Assembly: GCA_963665095.1 (NCBI GenBank)
Contig: OY762069.1
Coordinates: 6,176,001-6,240,000, forward strand
DNA from: an uncultured Desulfobacter sp.
GTDB lineage: Bacteria; Desulfobacterota; Desulfobacteria; Desulfobacterales; Desulfobacteraceae
Length of the DNA stretch: 64,000 nucleotides
Direction of reading: 5' to 3'
A program made the translations under genes and the position numbers. The first letter of the stretch is position 1. The number at the start of each line of letters is the position of its first letter. This document shows, piece by piece, positions 48,382-58,855 of this stretch. A model generated the notes under the pieces. That model was not told the DNA's origin. It made no database searches and saw nothing but the letters and a program-made list of their open reading frames with translations.

Positions 48382-48430
48382 CCATGGGCACCCTGGATTT
48401 CCATATGCCGGATCTCCATGATGCCCATGG
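48382..48430 (-). other. Intercistronic stem-loop after the binding-protein gene
   Basis: CCATGGGCA (48382-48390) / TGCCCATGG (48422-48430); typical position for an mRNA-stabilising hairpin. Confidence 0.5.
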
Positions 48431-48445
48431 GAAAACAGATGCAGA

Positions 48446-50026
48446 TTATTTGGTTGTATACTGGTAAAAGTTACTGTCAAAACTGGGGCCTAAAATGAAG
48501 TTTTTAACGTTGGCCTTTTCAGCCACAACTTCGATATCCTGGAACATGATCACAAAGGGAGAGACCTGCTGGTGTTCCCGTTGGAGATCCAGGTACATCT
48601 GGGCGCGTTTGGCTGTATCCCTTTCCAGGACGGCAGCATCCGCCTTTTTGGTCATCTCAGGGATATCCCATGCATTTCTCCAGGCCAGGGGCTTGGATTT
48701 TGCGTCGTCTGAGTTGTCCGGGTTCCGGGCAAAGGTGTCTGCATTGGTGTGCGGGTCCATGTAGTCCGGTCCCCAGCGGCCAATGTAGATGTCATGCTGG
48801 CGGGCCCGGTATTTGGTCAGAGTCTGCTTGCCGTCTCCGGGGATAATCTCAAGCTTGATATTGGCTTTGGCAAAGGTGGACTGGATGGAAAGTGCCATGG
48901 AGGTGATGGGCTCTGAGTTCCTTGTGTCCATGGTCACGGTAAACCCTTTTTCAAGACCAGCTTCCTTTAGAAGTGCTTTTGCTTTTTCAATATCAAGGGA
49001 AAAAGGCGTCTCTTCCAGGGCGCCCAGGAAGCCCTTTGGCAAAAAGGCCTGGTGAATCGTGGCCTTGCCGCTGAGGATGGTCTCTTCCACGCCTTTGTAA
49101 TCAATGAGATACTTCAGGGCCTGGCGTACCTGGGGAATCTTGAGGTACTGATTTTTCTGGTTCAGGCCCAGGTAATATACAGCCCCTTTGGCCCTTGTCT
49201 GAATCTTGATATCTTTTTTCTTTTCCAGGCTTTTAATGTCATCGGCAGTCAGATTCCTTGCCATATCAATGTCGCCTTTTTCAAGCAGCATGCGCTGGCT
49301 GGAGGATTCGGTGATATGCCGCATGATGATACGCTTCAGTTTAGGCGCATCCCCCCAGTAATTGGGGTTGGCATCAAGCATCATGATTTCCGATGCTTTC
49401 CAGGTTCTTAATGTATAGGGCCCGGAGCCGGCATATCCGGTCTTAAGAAAGTTATACCCGAGGTCCCCGTCTTTTTCATGGGCCATGACCTCTTTTTTAT
49501 CCACCACAGAACCTGCTGTTGAGGTCAGGCAGTAAAGAAAAAAGGTAGGGGCATAGGCTTGATCCACAATGATCTTTACCGTGTAATCGTCCACCTTGGT
49601 GATGGTTTTTTCCACGTTTTCAGGGGTAAATCCAAACTGGGTCAGGATAAAGGCGGGAGATTTATCAAGAATGACAACGCGACGCAGGGAGAAAACAACA
49701 TCGTCTGCGGACAGCTTGTTTCCCGAGGCAAATGTGACGCCTTTCCTGATTTTAAATGTGTAGGTCAGGCCGTCATCCGAGGTGGTCCAGCTTTCAGCAA
49801 TACCCGGGTAGATATCGCTGACATTGTCTACATCATAGTTAATCAGACGGTCGTATGCGTTGGCCGCATATTCAGCGCTGGCAAATTCAAAGATCTCCGC
49901 CGGGTCCAGTGAGATAATCTCATCTATATTGAACGCCATGACAAGAGTGTCTTTGGGTGTTGATGCCTGGACTGTCTGTATCGCAAATAAAGACAGCGCT
50001 AACGCAATCAGAAACAGTTTTTTCAT
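48446..50026 (-). CDS. Peptide ABC substrate-binding protein (DppA-like, family 5)
   Basis: Signal peptide MKKLFLIALA..., SLDPA, YTFKIRKGVTF, GSGPY; SD GAGGAGG before ATG 50026. Confidence 0.92.
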   Translation of the reverse strand: MKKLFLIALALSLFAIQTVQASTPKDTLVMAFNIDEIISLDPAEIFEFASAEYAANAYDRLINYDVDNVSDIYPGIAESWTTSDDGLTYTFKIRKGVTFASGNKLSADDVVFSLRRVVILDKSPAFILTQFGFTPENVEKTITKVDDYTVKIIVDQAYAPTFFLYCLTSTAGSVVDKKEVMAHEKDGDLGYNFLKTGYAGSGPYTLRTWKASEIMMLDANPNYWGDAPKLKRIIMRHITESSSQRMLLEKGDIDMARNLTADDIKSLEKKKDIKIQTRAKGAVYYLGLNQKNQYLKIPQVRQALKYLIDYKGVEETILSGKATIHQAFLPKGFLGALEETPFSLDIEKAKALLKEAGLEKGFTVTMDTRNSEPITSMALSIQSTFAKANIKLEIIPGDGKQTLTKYRARQHDIYIGRWGPDYMDPHTNADTFARNPDNSDDAKSKPLAWRNAWDIPEMTKKADAAVLERDTAKRAQMYLDLQREHQQVSPFVIMFQDIEVVAEKANVKNFILGPSFDSNFYQYTTK

Positions 50027-50375
50027 TCCTTCCTCCTCATAATTGTCTCGGATTTCTGCTTTGGTTGCAGAAGGTCCGGGTGTCCGGCATCTTACCGGGA
50101 TATTCTGGTCTGTGGCGGAATCATTCCTGTCGTTGGTGTCTGCAACTGGTTCATGCAGGCAGTTAAGGCCTGAATTTCTGCCAATGCTCTTTGACAATGG
50201 ATAATCTAAGGGTTTGGTGCCTTTGTCAAGAAAAATGTAGATGCCCCGCAGCCTGCGTATTGTCAGTGTTCAGGGGCAATGGGAATCAGGGCCGCATGCC
50301 TTCCAGCCGTCCTGGGAAAAGTGGGATCGGAAAACCAATACCTCTGAATTTTAGGAAAACAGCTCTATGGCAATA

Positions 50376-51836
50376 TCAGGTCTGGTCTGGGGAGCCTGCA
50401 TCCATAGCCTGATTTTCTAAAAGGCTGGAGAGCTGCTCGTAAAACATACCTGCATTCAGGGCAACGGCTAAGCGTTCTGCCGCTGATTCAAGAAAATCGA
50501 TCTGAATAGCGGTGAAGATTTCCATGGTGCCGAGTTCGAGCAGGCCTTTGACCTCTCCTTCGTATATCAACGGAATAACAATAATGGTTTTTGGCGAGAC
50601 ATCGAATAAAGAGGATTCAATGCGCATATAGTTATCGGGAACATTGTCTATGATAATCGTCCTTTTTTCCGTCACGGCCTGTCCGGTCAGCCCCTCCCCG
50701 GGTTTAAACCGGTGTTCAAATAACTCGCATTCCGTGAGCGCATAGCTGCCGGCCAGGCAGAATTCCGCTGTGGCCTGATCAAGGGCGAAAATGGTTCCTG
50801 TAATGGCGCCGGCATATTCTGCGATAAACCCAACCGCTTTACCGGCCAGCCGGGAGATATTCTGCTCTCCTCCGATCATATTGTTCAGTTCGGCCTGTCC
50901 GTCCTTGAGCCAGTTCTGGTCCTTTTTGGCAATATCGGCTGTCTCCAGGGTTTCCAGGATTTTATTCAACGCAACGCTGAGTTCATCATCCAGGACCAAA
51001 GATACTGTCCTGTGCGAGAAGTCTTCAGTGTCCACTGCCTCCTGCAGCGTTGTAAAATAATCAGTAAACCTGAACAGACTCTCCTCAAGTTCCATCTGAA
51101 GCTGTTGGCTTTCCTCTTCTTTGAGCTTGAGCTGCTCAATCATATCCACAACGCCGTTAAACAGAATCCCGATCTCATCGTGGCGTCTTTTCTTTTTGAA
51201 TGTTCCTGACAGGTCTTTTGTTTTGGCCAGTCTTTCAGCAATATGTGCCAGTTCTATGATGGGCCTGTTGAAATTGGTTACTGCCAGAAAAACAACAAGA
51301 ATAATAAACAGTCCCATCAGGATCAACGCAGTCAAAAGTTTGTTGTTAAATCTTGCCACAGCATCTTCAATAAGCTTTTCAGAATAAAACAGTTCATATC
51401 TGCCCATCACATCTTCATTTCTTACAATTTTACCTGAGATCTTTTTTATATGGGTACTGCTTTCAGGCGGGGAATAGGGCGCTTTTAGATCACTGACCAC
51501 TAACTTTTCATCTGAGATATTTTCCCTGTCTTTTTTGGCCGCACCTTTGACAAATCCTTTCATGTCAAAGACATTGACGCCCACAATGAGTTCGTTTTTT
51601 AAAATTACCTTGTTGAGCCGGCTGACTTCGTCATAGTCAAAAAGCCAGAGGGGCTGGGCATATACAAACTCAGAGAAATTGACGGCATTTGACAAAGAGA
51701 TATTCAAATATTCCGTCAGGCTGCCCTTACTGTCCCTGGCCATGAATATAATGACAGCAATACTGGCGATGACCACAGAAAGCGCAATAATGCCGGCTAA
51801 CTTGAGTGCCACCTTTTGTTTCATCCGGGACAGCAT
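50376..51836 (-). CDS. Membrane sensor with HAMP and GAF domains, no output domain
   Basis: Two TMs, DEIGILFNGVVDM HAMP, WLKDGQ...GEGLTGQA...GLLELGT GAF; ends soon after the GAF domain. Confidence 0.75.
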   Translation of the reverse strand: MLSRMKQKVALKLAGIIALSVVIASIAVIIFMARDSKGSLTEYLNISLSNAVNFSEFVYAQPLWLFDYDEVSRLNKVILKNELIVGVNVFDMKGFVKGAAKKDRENISDEKLVVSDLKAPYSPPESSTHIKKISGKIVRNEDVMGRYELFYSEKLIEDAVARFNNKLLTALILMGLFIILVVFLAVTNFNRPIIELAHIAERLAKTKDLSGTFKKKRRHDEIGILFNGVVDMIEQLKLKEEESQQLQMELEESLFRFTDYFTTLQEAVDTEDFSHRTVSLVLDDELSVALNKILETLETADIAKKDQNWLKDGQAELNNMIGGEQNISRLAGKAVGFIAEYAGAITGTIFALDQATAEFCLAGSYALTECELFEHRFKPGEGLTGQAVTEKRTIIIDNVPDNYMRIESSLFDVSPKTIIVIPLIYEGEVKGLLELGTMEIFTAIQIDFLESAAERLAVALNAGMFYEQLSSLLENQAMDAGSPDQT

Positions 51837-52216
51837 AAATTCACCTTTAGACGAAATTGATGCATAAATTTAACGTATTGAAGTCTTAGGCGATCATTCT
51901 CAGGTGATCATTGTGAAAAATAATCAATAAACGATGCGTTTATTTATACAATGCCGGCACTGTTTATTCAATGATGAAAACTTAAACACCTAAAAAAAAT
52001 CGTTGTTCTGGTCTTAATGGTGCTTGTTTAATCTTAAAAATATTTATATATTAACACTATCCACAGCCACTGAAAGGCAGCCTCTTTTATTTTCAGGCAT
52101 TGCGAAATTAACATAACGACACGGGTTGGCCGGAAGGCAGTCTTTCATCTCCACACACCCAGAGCTTCCCGTCTGAAATTATAGAAATAGATAATTAAAT
52201 CTGTAAGGATCAAATC

Positions 52217-52987
52217 ATGGAGAACTTCATTTTTAAAACATCGCTGAGGTATGTGACTCTTTTTTTATTGATTTCTGTCTTTGCTACACCCGTTTGCTGT
52301 TCCAGGGAGATTATTGTGGCATTTACCGACGACATTCCGCCCTTCGTCATGAATAATGCCAGTGAGGGCCTTGAGGTGGACATCCTTCGAGAGGCACTTA
52401 AATACAAAGACCATACCTTCAGAGTAATGCAGTGCTCCTACAAGCGGCTGGCGGTGGCCGTCGCTGAAATGGGTATTGATGCGGCAGCCGCCGTCAGGAC
52501 GACGGATGACGGTACCTATTACTCTGACAGTTTTATTGCCTTTGAAAATTATGCCATCACCAAAAAACAATCCGGAATTACCCTGCAAAGCATCGGTGAT
52601 CTGAAGGGCCATACCATTTTCACCTGGCAGAATGCATACCGGGATCTTGGGCCGGAATTTGAAGCATTGTTTTCCCCGAGCGTCAAGGAACCCCATATAA
52701 GAAAATATCATGAAATCGGAATTCAGAAAGGGCAGGTCCAGATGTTCTGGAGAGACCCGGAATCAGTTATCATTATAGATAAATCAATTTTTATCTGGTT
52801 TACAAAACAGTTTCAACCGGATGCTCTTGCCGGCGACCAGATTGTATATAATGAAATTTTCCCCATTCCCACGCAGTTTCAGGTAAACTTTAAAAGTAAA
52901 GCCATGAGGGATGATTTTAATCAGGGGCTTAAATACATTCGGGACAGTGGTATTTATCAGGGCGTATTTGACACGTACCTGAAATAA
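52217..52987 (+). CDS. Family-3 periplasmic substrate-binding protein
   Basis: Signal peptide; IPPFV, GLEVDIL, DLKGH, FNQGL...SGIY. Confidence 0.8.
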   Translation: MENFIFKTSLRYVTLFLLISVFATPVCCSREIIVAFTDDIPPFVMNNASEGLEVDILREALKYKDHTFRVMQCSYKRLAVAVAEMGIDAAAAVRTTDDGTYYSDSFIAFENYAITKKQSGITLQSIGDLKGHTIFTWQNAYRDLGPEFEALFSPSVKEPHIRKYHEIGIQKGQVQMFWRDPESVIIIDKSIFIWFTKQFQPDALAGDQIVYNEIFPIPTQFQVNFKSKAMRDDFNQGLKYIRDSGIYQGVFDTYLK

Positions 52988-53087
52988 CATCCCGCGGGAA
53001 ACGGAGGTAACGCCCACCTGAGAGGACGCGCTATTATGATGGCCAGGGTGCTTTCTTTTCAATGAAATATGTATTATATCCTGAGCC

Positions 53088-53732
53088 ATGAATCAGGATA
53101 CCCATACCCCAGTTTTTTATTCGGTAGGCCGTTCTTTGACCGATCCTGTACGGCAGTGGGAAATCAAGATCAAACGGTCGGTGTTTATATGCCGTTTAAG
53201 TTACGCTGATACCATCGAGTGTGCCAAAGAGTTTATCTCCAGAGTGTCCAAGGAACATAAAACCGCTACCCATAACTGCTGGGCCTACGTCGTGGGGGAC
53301 CACGGAGAGATCAGCCATTGTTCAGATGCGGGCGAGCCTCCGGGAACAGCCGGCAAGCCCATGCTGAATGCCCTTATGTCCTGTGATATGACCTGCACTG
53401 CAGCAGTGGTGACCCGATATTACGGCGGGGTTAAGCTTGGCGTCAGGGGGTTGATCGAAGCCTATTCTCAGGCTGTGGCCGAAACCATTGAGCAGGCCCC
53501 GCTGGTCCGCCTGGTGAAAACGATGTCATTCAGTGTCAGGCTGGATTACAGCCTGAACGATACTTTTTTAAACCGGATCAGCGCGTTTAAAATCATCATT
53601 GCCGGAACAGATTATAAAGAGCAGGTTTCCCATGACCTGGCTGTGGAACTGACCGATCTTGGCGCCTTTGAAGCCATGCTGGTGCAGTACGAGCGCCAGG
53701 GGTTACTGAATTACACAAAAGAACCCGGTTGA
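53088..53732 (+). CDS. YigZ/IMPACT-family protein
   Basis: IKRSVF, ATHNCWAY, DAGEPPGTAGKPML, VTRYYGGVKLGVRGL. Confidence 0.9.
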   Translation: MNQDTHTPVFYSVGRSLTDPVRQWEIKIKRSVFICRLSYADTIECAKEFISRVSKEHKTATHNCWAYVVGDHGEISHCSDAGEPPGTAGKPMLNALMSCDMTCTAAVVTRYYGGVKLGVRGLIEAYSQAVAETIEQAPLVRLVKTMSFSVRLDYSLNDTFLNRISAFKIIIAGTDYKEQVSHDLAVELTDLGAFEAMLVQYERQGLLNYTKEPG

Positions 53733-53790
53733 TTTTTTTCCCTTTGACTCGTCATCTTCATTTTTATCCCCCCATCTTCATTTAAAAGTA

Positions 53791-53845
53791 TTGACACTGG
53801 GGAAAAATTCAGTATTTTTAAATTAGTGTTAACAATACTGAATTT
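53791..53845 (+). promoter_or_regulatory. Promoter with a 12-bp inverted repeat (probable XRE operator)
   Basis: TTGACA 53791-53796; AAATTCAGTATT (53805-53816) / AATACTGAATTT (53834-53845). Confidence 0.6.
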
Positions 53846-53854
53846 GGTGAGTAT

Positions 53855-54439
53855 ATGAAAATCAAGCTGGGCCCGTTGCTGAGGGCCATTCGAAATTCTC
53901 GGCACCTGACCATTAAGGACGTGGCTTCAAAGGCCGGGGTCAGTTCCAGCCTGTTGTCCCAGATAGAACGCAACCGTATCTCTCCGTCCCTGGACACCCT
54001 GCTGCAACTGCTGGAGGTCTACGGGGTTCCCCCTGAAAAATTTTTTAAAGATTATGAAACCATGAACCGGGTGGAGATTGTAAAAAAAGATCAGCGCCGG
54101 ATTTATCAGCGCAAAGGTTTTAAATATGAGACCCTGTGCGGTGAAAGCCAGGCCAAAGGCAACCACTCCTTTTCTGCTTTTTTTCTGGAACTTTCACCCG
54201 GGCAGCAACGGGGGGATAAAAAAGACGGCCACCTTGGCCGGGAACTCGGTATTGTGATGAAAGGTCAGGGACAGTTGATTTACGGCGGGGAAGTGTACGA
54301 TATCAGTACCGGCGATACCCTGTCGTTTTCTTCGCAGATTCCACATGTGATTAAAAATACCGGTGATGATCTGTTTCAAGCGTATTGGATCGTTACGCCG
54401 GCGGATGGGGAAGACTATTTTGGCGAAAAAAATAATTAA
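53855..54439 (+). CDS. XRE-cupin transcriptional regulator
   Basis: LTIKDVASKAGVSSSLLSQIERNRISPSL HTH; cupin H-x-G-x-E...PH. Confidence 0.9.
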   Translation: MKIKLGPLLRAIRNSRHLTIKDVASKAGVSSSLLSQIERNRISPSLDTLLQLLEVYGVPPEKFFKDYETMNRVEIVKKDQRRIYQRKGFKYETLCGESQAKGNHSFSAFFLELSPGQQRGDKKDGHLGRELGIVMKGQGQLIYGGEVYDISTGDTLSFSSQIPHVIKNTGDDLFQAYWIVTPADGEDYFGEKNN

Positions 54440-54450
54440 TGGAGCGTGTC

Positions 54451-55737
54451 ATGGGAAAGACAATTGCTGAAAAAATTTTTGATGCCCATCTGGTGGATAC
54501 ACCTTTTGGTGATGTCAATGTATTGCGGCTGGACCGGGTGTTCTGTCATGAGATCACCACACCCACTGCCATTCAGGATCTGATGGACAGAGGCAAGGAC
54601 CGGGTCTTTGATCCGGACAAAATCAAGGCGGTGATTGACCATGTCACACCGGCCAAGGATTCCAAAACCGCCAGGCAGGGAAAAATTCTTCGGGACTGGG
54701 CTGTGCGTCACGGTATCAGGGATTTCTTTGATATCGGCCGCAACGGTGTCTGTCATGCCCTGTTTCCTGAAAAAGGGTTTGTCCGGCCCGGGTTCACCAT
54801 TATTATGGGCGATTCCCATACCTGTACTCACGGGGCCTTTGGGGCATTTGCCGCAGGTGTCGGCACCACTGATCTGGAGGTGGGTATTCTAAAAGGTGTG
54901 TGTGCCTTTAAAAAACCTGAAACATTTAAAATAGAGATTACAGGGAGCCTTCAGCCCGGGGTCTATGCCAAGGATATTATCCTGGAAGTGATCCGGCGGA
55001 TTTCAGTGAACGGTGCCACCAACATGATTATTGAGTTCTCAGGGCCTGTGGTGGATGCCATGAACATGGACCAGCGCATGACATTGTCCAATATGGCGGT
55101 GGAGGCCGGTGCTACCTCCGGCATTTGTGCGCCGGACATGGCAACGGTGGAATACCTGTGGCCCTTTATTAAATATGAATATAAAAACCGGGAAGCGGCT
55201 CTGGCTGAATACAGCCACTTTTGTTCAGATGCGGATGCCGTGTATGCAAAGACAATAACCATTGATGTCAGCGATCTTGTCCCGTTAACCACGTTCGGTT
55301 TTAAGCCGGACAATGTTAAACCGGTATCGGAGATGGGAAACACTCCTGTGGATCAGGTGTACATCGGCTCCTGCACCAACGGTCGCCTGGAAGATTTGCG
55401 GGAAGCAGCCAGGGTCTTAAAAGGAAAAACGATCAGCCCTGCAGTCCGGGGGATTGTGTCGCCTGCCACCCCGAATATTTTTTCACAAGCCCTGGAGGAG
55501 GGCCTGATAAAGATTTTTATGGAGGCGGGCTTTTGTGTCACCAATCCCACCTGCGGGGCCTGCTTAGGTATGAGCAACGGGGTCCTGGCCGAAGGTGAAG
55601 TGGCGGCCTCCACCACCAACAGGAATTTTAACGGGCGCATGGGCAAAGGCGGAATGGTCCATTTGATGAGTCCGGCCACCGCTGCGGCAACAGCTGTTGC
55701 CGGCCGTATCTCTAACTCTGAGATTTTCAGTAATTAA
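54451..55737 (+). CDS. leuC: 3-isopropylmalate dehydratase-type large subunit
   Basis: DSHTCTHGAFG, GSCTNGR, CGACLG, STTNRNF, MSPATAAA. Confidence 0.85.
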   Translation: MGKTIAEKIFDAHLVDTPFGDVNVLRLDRVFCHEITTPTAIQDLMDRGKDRVFDPDKIKAVIDHVTPAKDSKTARQGKILRDWAVRHGIRDFFDIGRNGVCHALFPEKGFVRPGFTIIMGDSHTCTHGAFGAFAAGVGTTDLEVGILKGVCAFKKPETFKIEITGSLQPGVYAKDIILEVIRRISVNGATNMIIEFSGPVVDAMNMDQRMTLSNMAVEAGATSGICAPDMATVEYLWPFIKYEYKNREAALAEYSHFCSDADAVYAKTITIDVSDLVPLTTFGFKPDNVKPVSEMGNTPVDQVYIGSCTNGRLEDLREAARVLKGKTISPAVRGIVSPATPNIFSQALEEGLIKIFMEAGFCVTNPTCGACLGMSNGVLAEGEVAASTTNRNFNGRMGKGGMVHLMSPATAAATAVAGRISNSEIFSN

Positions 55738-55752
55738 TACTTTGGAGGAGTG

Positions 55753-56280
55753 ATGAAAACTTTTGAAGGAAAGATACTCTGCCTGGACCGGACAGATATC
55801 AATACAGACGAGATAATACCTGCCAAATATCTGACGGAAATCGAAAAAGCCGCCATGAAGCCCCATCTGCTGGAGGACCTGAAGTTAGATGGGTTTAGTC
55901 CCCGGAAGGATCTTGACGGTGTCAAAGTTATCGTGACCCGCGAAAATTTCGGGTGCGGTTCGTCAAGGGAGCACGCGCCCTGGGCTTTGGAAGTTAATGG
56001 TATTCATGTGGTGATTGCCCCAAGTTTTGCCCGGATTTTCCGGCAGAATATGTTCAACTGCGGGATGATGGCCATTGAACTGTCTGCGGATCAGGTCCAG
56101 GAACTATTTGATCTTGATGCTGATGGGGGGGCATGGCTTCGCGCGGATGCCGATAAAGGGGTCATTACCGCCGGCAACAGCAGGGGAAAGGAATGGTCCT
56201 GTAAATTTACTGTTTCTGAGTTTGACAAAACTCTGGTTAAAACCGGGGGCTGGGTGGAATTCGCGGATAAACAGTATTAA
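55753..56280 (+). CDS. leuD: 3-isopropylmalate dehydratase-type small subunit
   Basis: DINTDEIIPA, NFGCGSSREHA, SFARIFRQN. Confidence 0.85.
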   Translation: MKTFEGKILCLDRTDINTDEIIPAKYLTEIEKAAMKPHLLEDLKLDGFSPRKDLDGVKVIVTRENFGCGSSREHAPWALEVNGIHVVIAPSFARIFRQNMFNCGMMAIELSADQVQELFDLDADGGAWLRADADKGVITAGNSRGKEWSCKFTVSEFDKTLVKTGGWVEFADKQY

Positions 56281-56286
56281 AAAATT

Positions 56287-56309
56287 AAGGGGGCCAGAAC
56301 AGCCCCTTT
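56287..56309 (+). terminator. Possible terminator hairpin after leuD
   Basis: AAGGGGGC-N7-GCCCCTTT; short U tract. Confidence 0.45.
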
Positions 56310-56471
56310 AAAGCTTGAACGCATGTGCCGCAAAAAAAAGTTCCACGGCCGGCATCGCATCTCCCTGTACCTATTAGGCCGATTTTACTTGACTTCTCCT
56401 AAGTCCTGTGAAACGTAGTATTCGTTATTTAAAGGCTGATCACATTTTGTTTCTAAAAGAGGAGATGCGCT

Positions 56472-57980
56472 ATGGGGAAGAAAGTGGATTCCGGGTTGAT
56501 CGCAAGGCACCAGAAGGGACAGTATCTGGATCTGGCAAAACGGTCGTTGACGTCAGTGGTAGCTCATTTTGTGCTATATGGTTTTATTGCTGCCATTACG
56601 CCAATGAAGACAGACCATCCCATGATTATATGGGGGCTAGGTATTTTAATTTTCGTTATTTCTGCGTTTAGAATGCTTTTGTCAGCCCGCCTGCCACAAC
56701 TCTATGATAAATCCCCTGGCGTCAATAAAACCCTATTCAATGGTTTGAACCTTATGGCAGGGCTATTGTGGGGAGTTCTGGCACTGCTTGTCGCTGTTTT
56801 CTATCCTCTGGAATGGCCTTTTTTCTTTACCCTGACCATCTGTATGGGACTGGCTGCCGGAGCCACCTCTTCACTGGGACCTCATCTGGGATTGTCCAGG
56901 AATTTTACCTTGTCCATTATTTTGCCGGTCACTGTCTGGAGTTTCTGGTACGGTACACCGCTGGGGTATGGTATGGGATTTCTGGCAGCTTTTTCCATGT
57001 TCATGTATATCCGGATGGCTGGTGATAATTATGTCTGGTACTGGGATACAGTTGCTTCCAGAGAGGAGGTGGCCGCCAATTCAAAGACCATGGAACGAAT
57101 TGTCCAGGGGGCGGATGCCAATGCTGAACAGTTGCGAACAACCGCTACACACCTGGGAGATGCATCAAAACAGATGATCCAGAGTGCATCTGTCATGACA
57201 ACCTATCTTTCCAAGGTCGCCGGTGTCACCGGGCAAATAAAAAATAATTCCCATGAGATGGTCTCCATGATGGAACAGACCATGAGTCATTTTGGAAATA
57301 TTTCTGCCGCCAGTGAAGAGATGACCGCCACGGTTTCGGAAATTTCACAGAATGCGGACAGAGCACGTTCAGTGACCCATCAGGCCGTTTCCCAGACCGA
57401 GTCTGCCATGACCCAGATGGCAGGCCTTTCAGAGGCAGCCGCCGCTATCAACAGGATTACCGAAGCCATTGGGGAAATTTCCGAGCACATCAATCTTTTG
57501 TCCCTGAATGCCACCATAGAAGCAGCCAGAGCAGGGGAAGCGGGCAAAGGGTTTGCCGTTGTTGCCTCTGAAATTAAGGATCTGGCATTGCAGACCTCCA
57601 AATCTGCAGAAGAGATTAATCTGCAGGTCAAAGAGATTCAGGATGCCACGCAGCGGACTGCCGGAGAGATGGAACAGATACTTGCCATTGTTAAAGATGC
57701 GGACTCAAGTGTAGAGAGCATGGCTTTGGCCATGGAGGAGCAGTCCGGGGCCACTGCCGAGGTGGCAAAAAATATCCATGAGGCGTCGGACGAGGTATCA
57801 AGAGCAGAGAAGATGACGGGTGAAAACCACCAGGACTTGGCCGAAGTGAGCAATGAGATCCTTGAGCTTGAGAAAAGGGCCGGGGATGTGGAATCAGGGG
57901 CAGGAGAGGTGGATGCCCAGGCCCAAAATCTGGATCGACTGGCATCGGAACTGATGGCGCTTGTCTCAAAAAACGGTTAG
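56472..57980 (+). CDS. Methyl-accepting chemotaxis protein with multi-TM sensor
   Basis: 5-6 TM N-terminus; [29 protein letters not shown]. Confidence 0.92.
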   Translation: MGKKVDSGLIARHQKGQYLDLAKRSLTSVVAHFVLYGFIAAITPMKTDHPMIIWGLGILIFVISAFRMLLSARLPQLYDKSPGVNKTLFNGLNLMAGLLWGVLALLVAVFYPLEWPFFFTLTICMGLAAGATSSLGPHLGLSRNFTLSIILPVTVWSFWYGTPLGYGMGFLAAFSMFMYIRMAGDNYVWYWDTVASREEVAANSKTMERIVQGADANAEQLRTTATHLGDASKQMIQSASVMTTYLSKVAGVTGQIKNNSHEMVSMMEQTMSHFGNISAASEEMTATVSEISQNADRARSVTHQAVSQTESAMTQMAGLSEAAAAINRITEAIGEISEHINLLSLNATIEAARAGEAGKGFAVVASEIKDLALQTSKSAEEINLQVKEIQDATQRTAGEMEQILAIVKDADSSVESMALAMEEQSGATAEVAKNIHEASDEVSRAEKMTGENHQDLAEVSNEILELEKRAGDVESGAGEVDAQAQNLDRLASELMALVSKNG

Positions 57981-58807
57981 CTTCTGCCGCCGCTCCAGTG
58001 CAGACGTGTTTTTAATACCTTAAAGTAGGAGTGTTCCTCAAAGGAGATCATTTTTAGATTATATCTGCTCTTTTCAATGAGGATGGTGTCACTGGGATCC
58101 ATATCATAGCCCGCCTGGCCGTCCAGGGTGAGAATCATGTCTTCGGGGCTTCCTGCCAGGCAGATTTGCACCCGGATATGGTCAGGGATGAGTAATGGCC
58201 GGTTGGTCAGGGTAAAGGGGCAGATCGGGGTGAGGATGGTGGACGACACTGAAGGGTGGACCACAGGACCGCCTGCAGCCAGGGAATAGGCTGTGGAGCC
58301 TGTGGGGGTTGCCACAATCAGACCGTCGGCCCGATAGGTGGTCAGATAGGTGTCGTCCAGGTAAACGGCGCATGAGGCCAGCCGGGACAGGGCTGCCTTA
58401 TTGATTACGGCATCGTTGAGTACATCTTCATCAACAATGCACCGGTTATTCCGGATTACCCGGATATTTAAGCGCTGGCGCTCCCTGATGATGTAATCCT
58501 CTCTGAACACGGCATCCACGGCATTAAACAGGTGGTCTTCAATGGTTTCGGCAAGAAAACCGACTTCACCGAATTTAATCCCTATCAAAGGGATATCGCG
58601 GCTCCCCATGTATCGGGCCACACTCAGAAAAGTGCCGTCTCCACCAAGTACAACAATGCAGATAAGATCGTCAGGTATCGTCTGGGGTTCTGCACCCTGT
58701 GTATCAATGACCAGACATCGGTCTTTCAGGTGCCGGATCAGTTCCCGGGCCTTGTTCTGGGCATGTTCTTCGTTTTTTATGACAAGCCCGATACGCTGCT
58801 TTTTCAC
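57977..58807 (-). CDS. nadK: NAD kinase
   Basis: [34 protein letters not shown]. Confidence 0.95.
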   Translation of the reverse strand: MKKQRIGLVIKNEEHAQNKARELIRHLKDRCLVIDTQGAEPQTIPDDLICIVVLGGDGTFLSVARYMGSRDIPLIGIKFGEVGFLAETIEDHLFNAVDAVFREDYIIRERQRLNIRVIRNNRCIVDEDVLNDAVINKAALSRLASCAVYLDDTYLTTYRADGLIVATPTGSTAYSLAAGGPVVHPSVSSTILTPICPFTLTNRPLLIPDHIRVQICLAGSPEDMILTLDGQAGYDMDPSDTILIEKSRYNLKMISFEEHSYFKVLKTRLHWSGGRS

Positions 58808-58855
58808 ATTTGGTCCTTTTATTCTGTTTAATTTTCCTGCACTGCTTGCCGGGCA

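Noticed and set aside
50030..50200. Riboswitch in the dppA leader, or an N-terminal extension to 50197
   Set aside because: No known aptamer motif recognised; the SD and signal peptide support ATG 50026.
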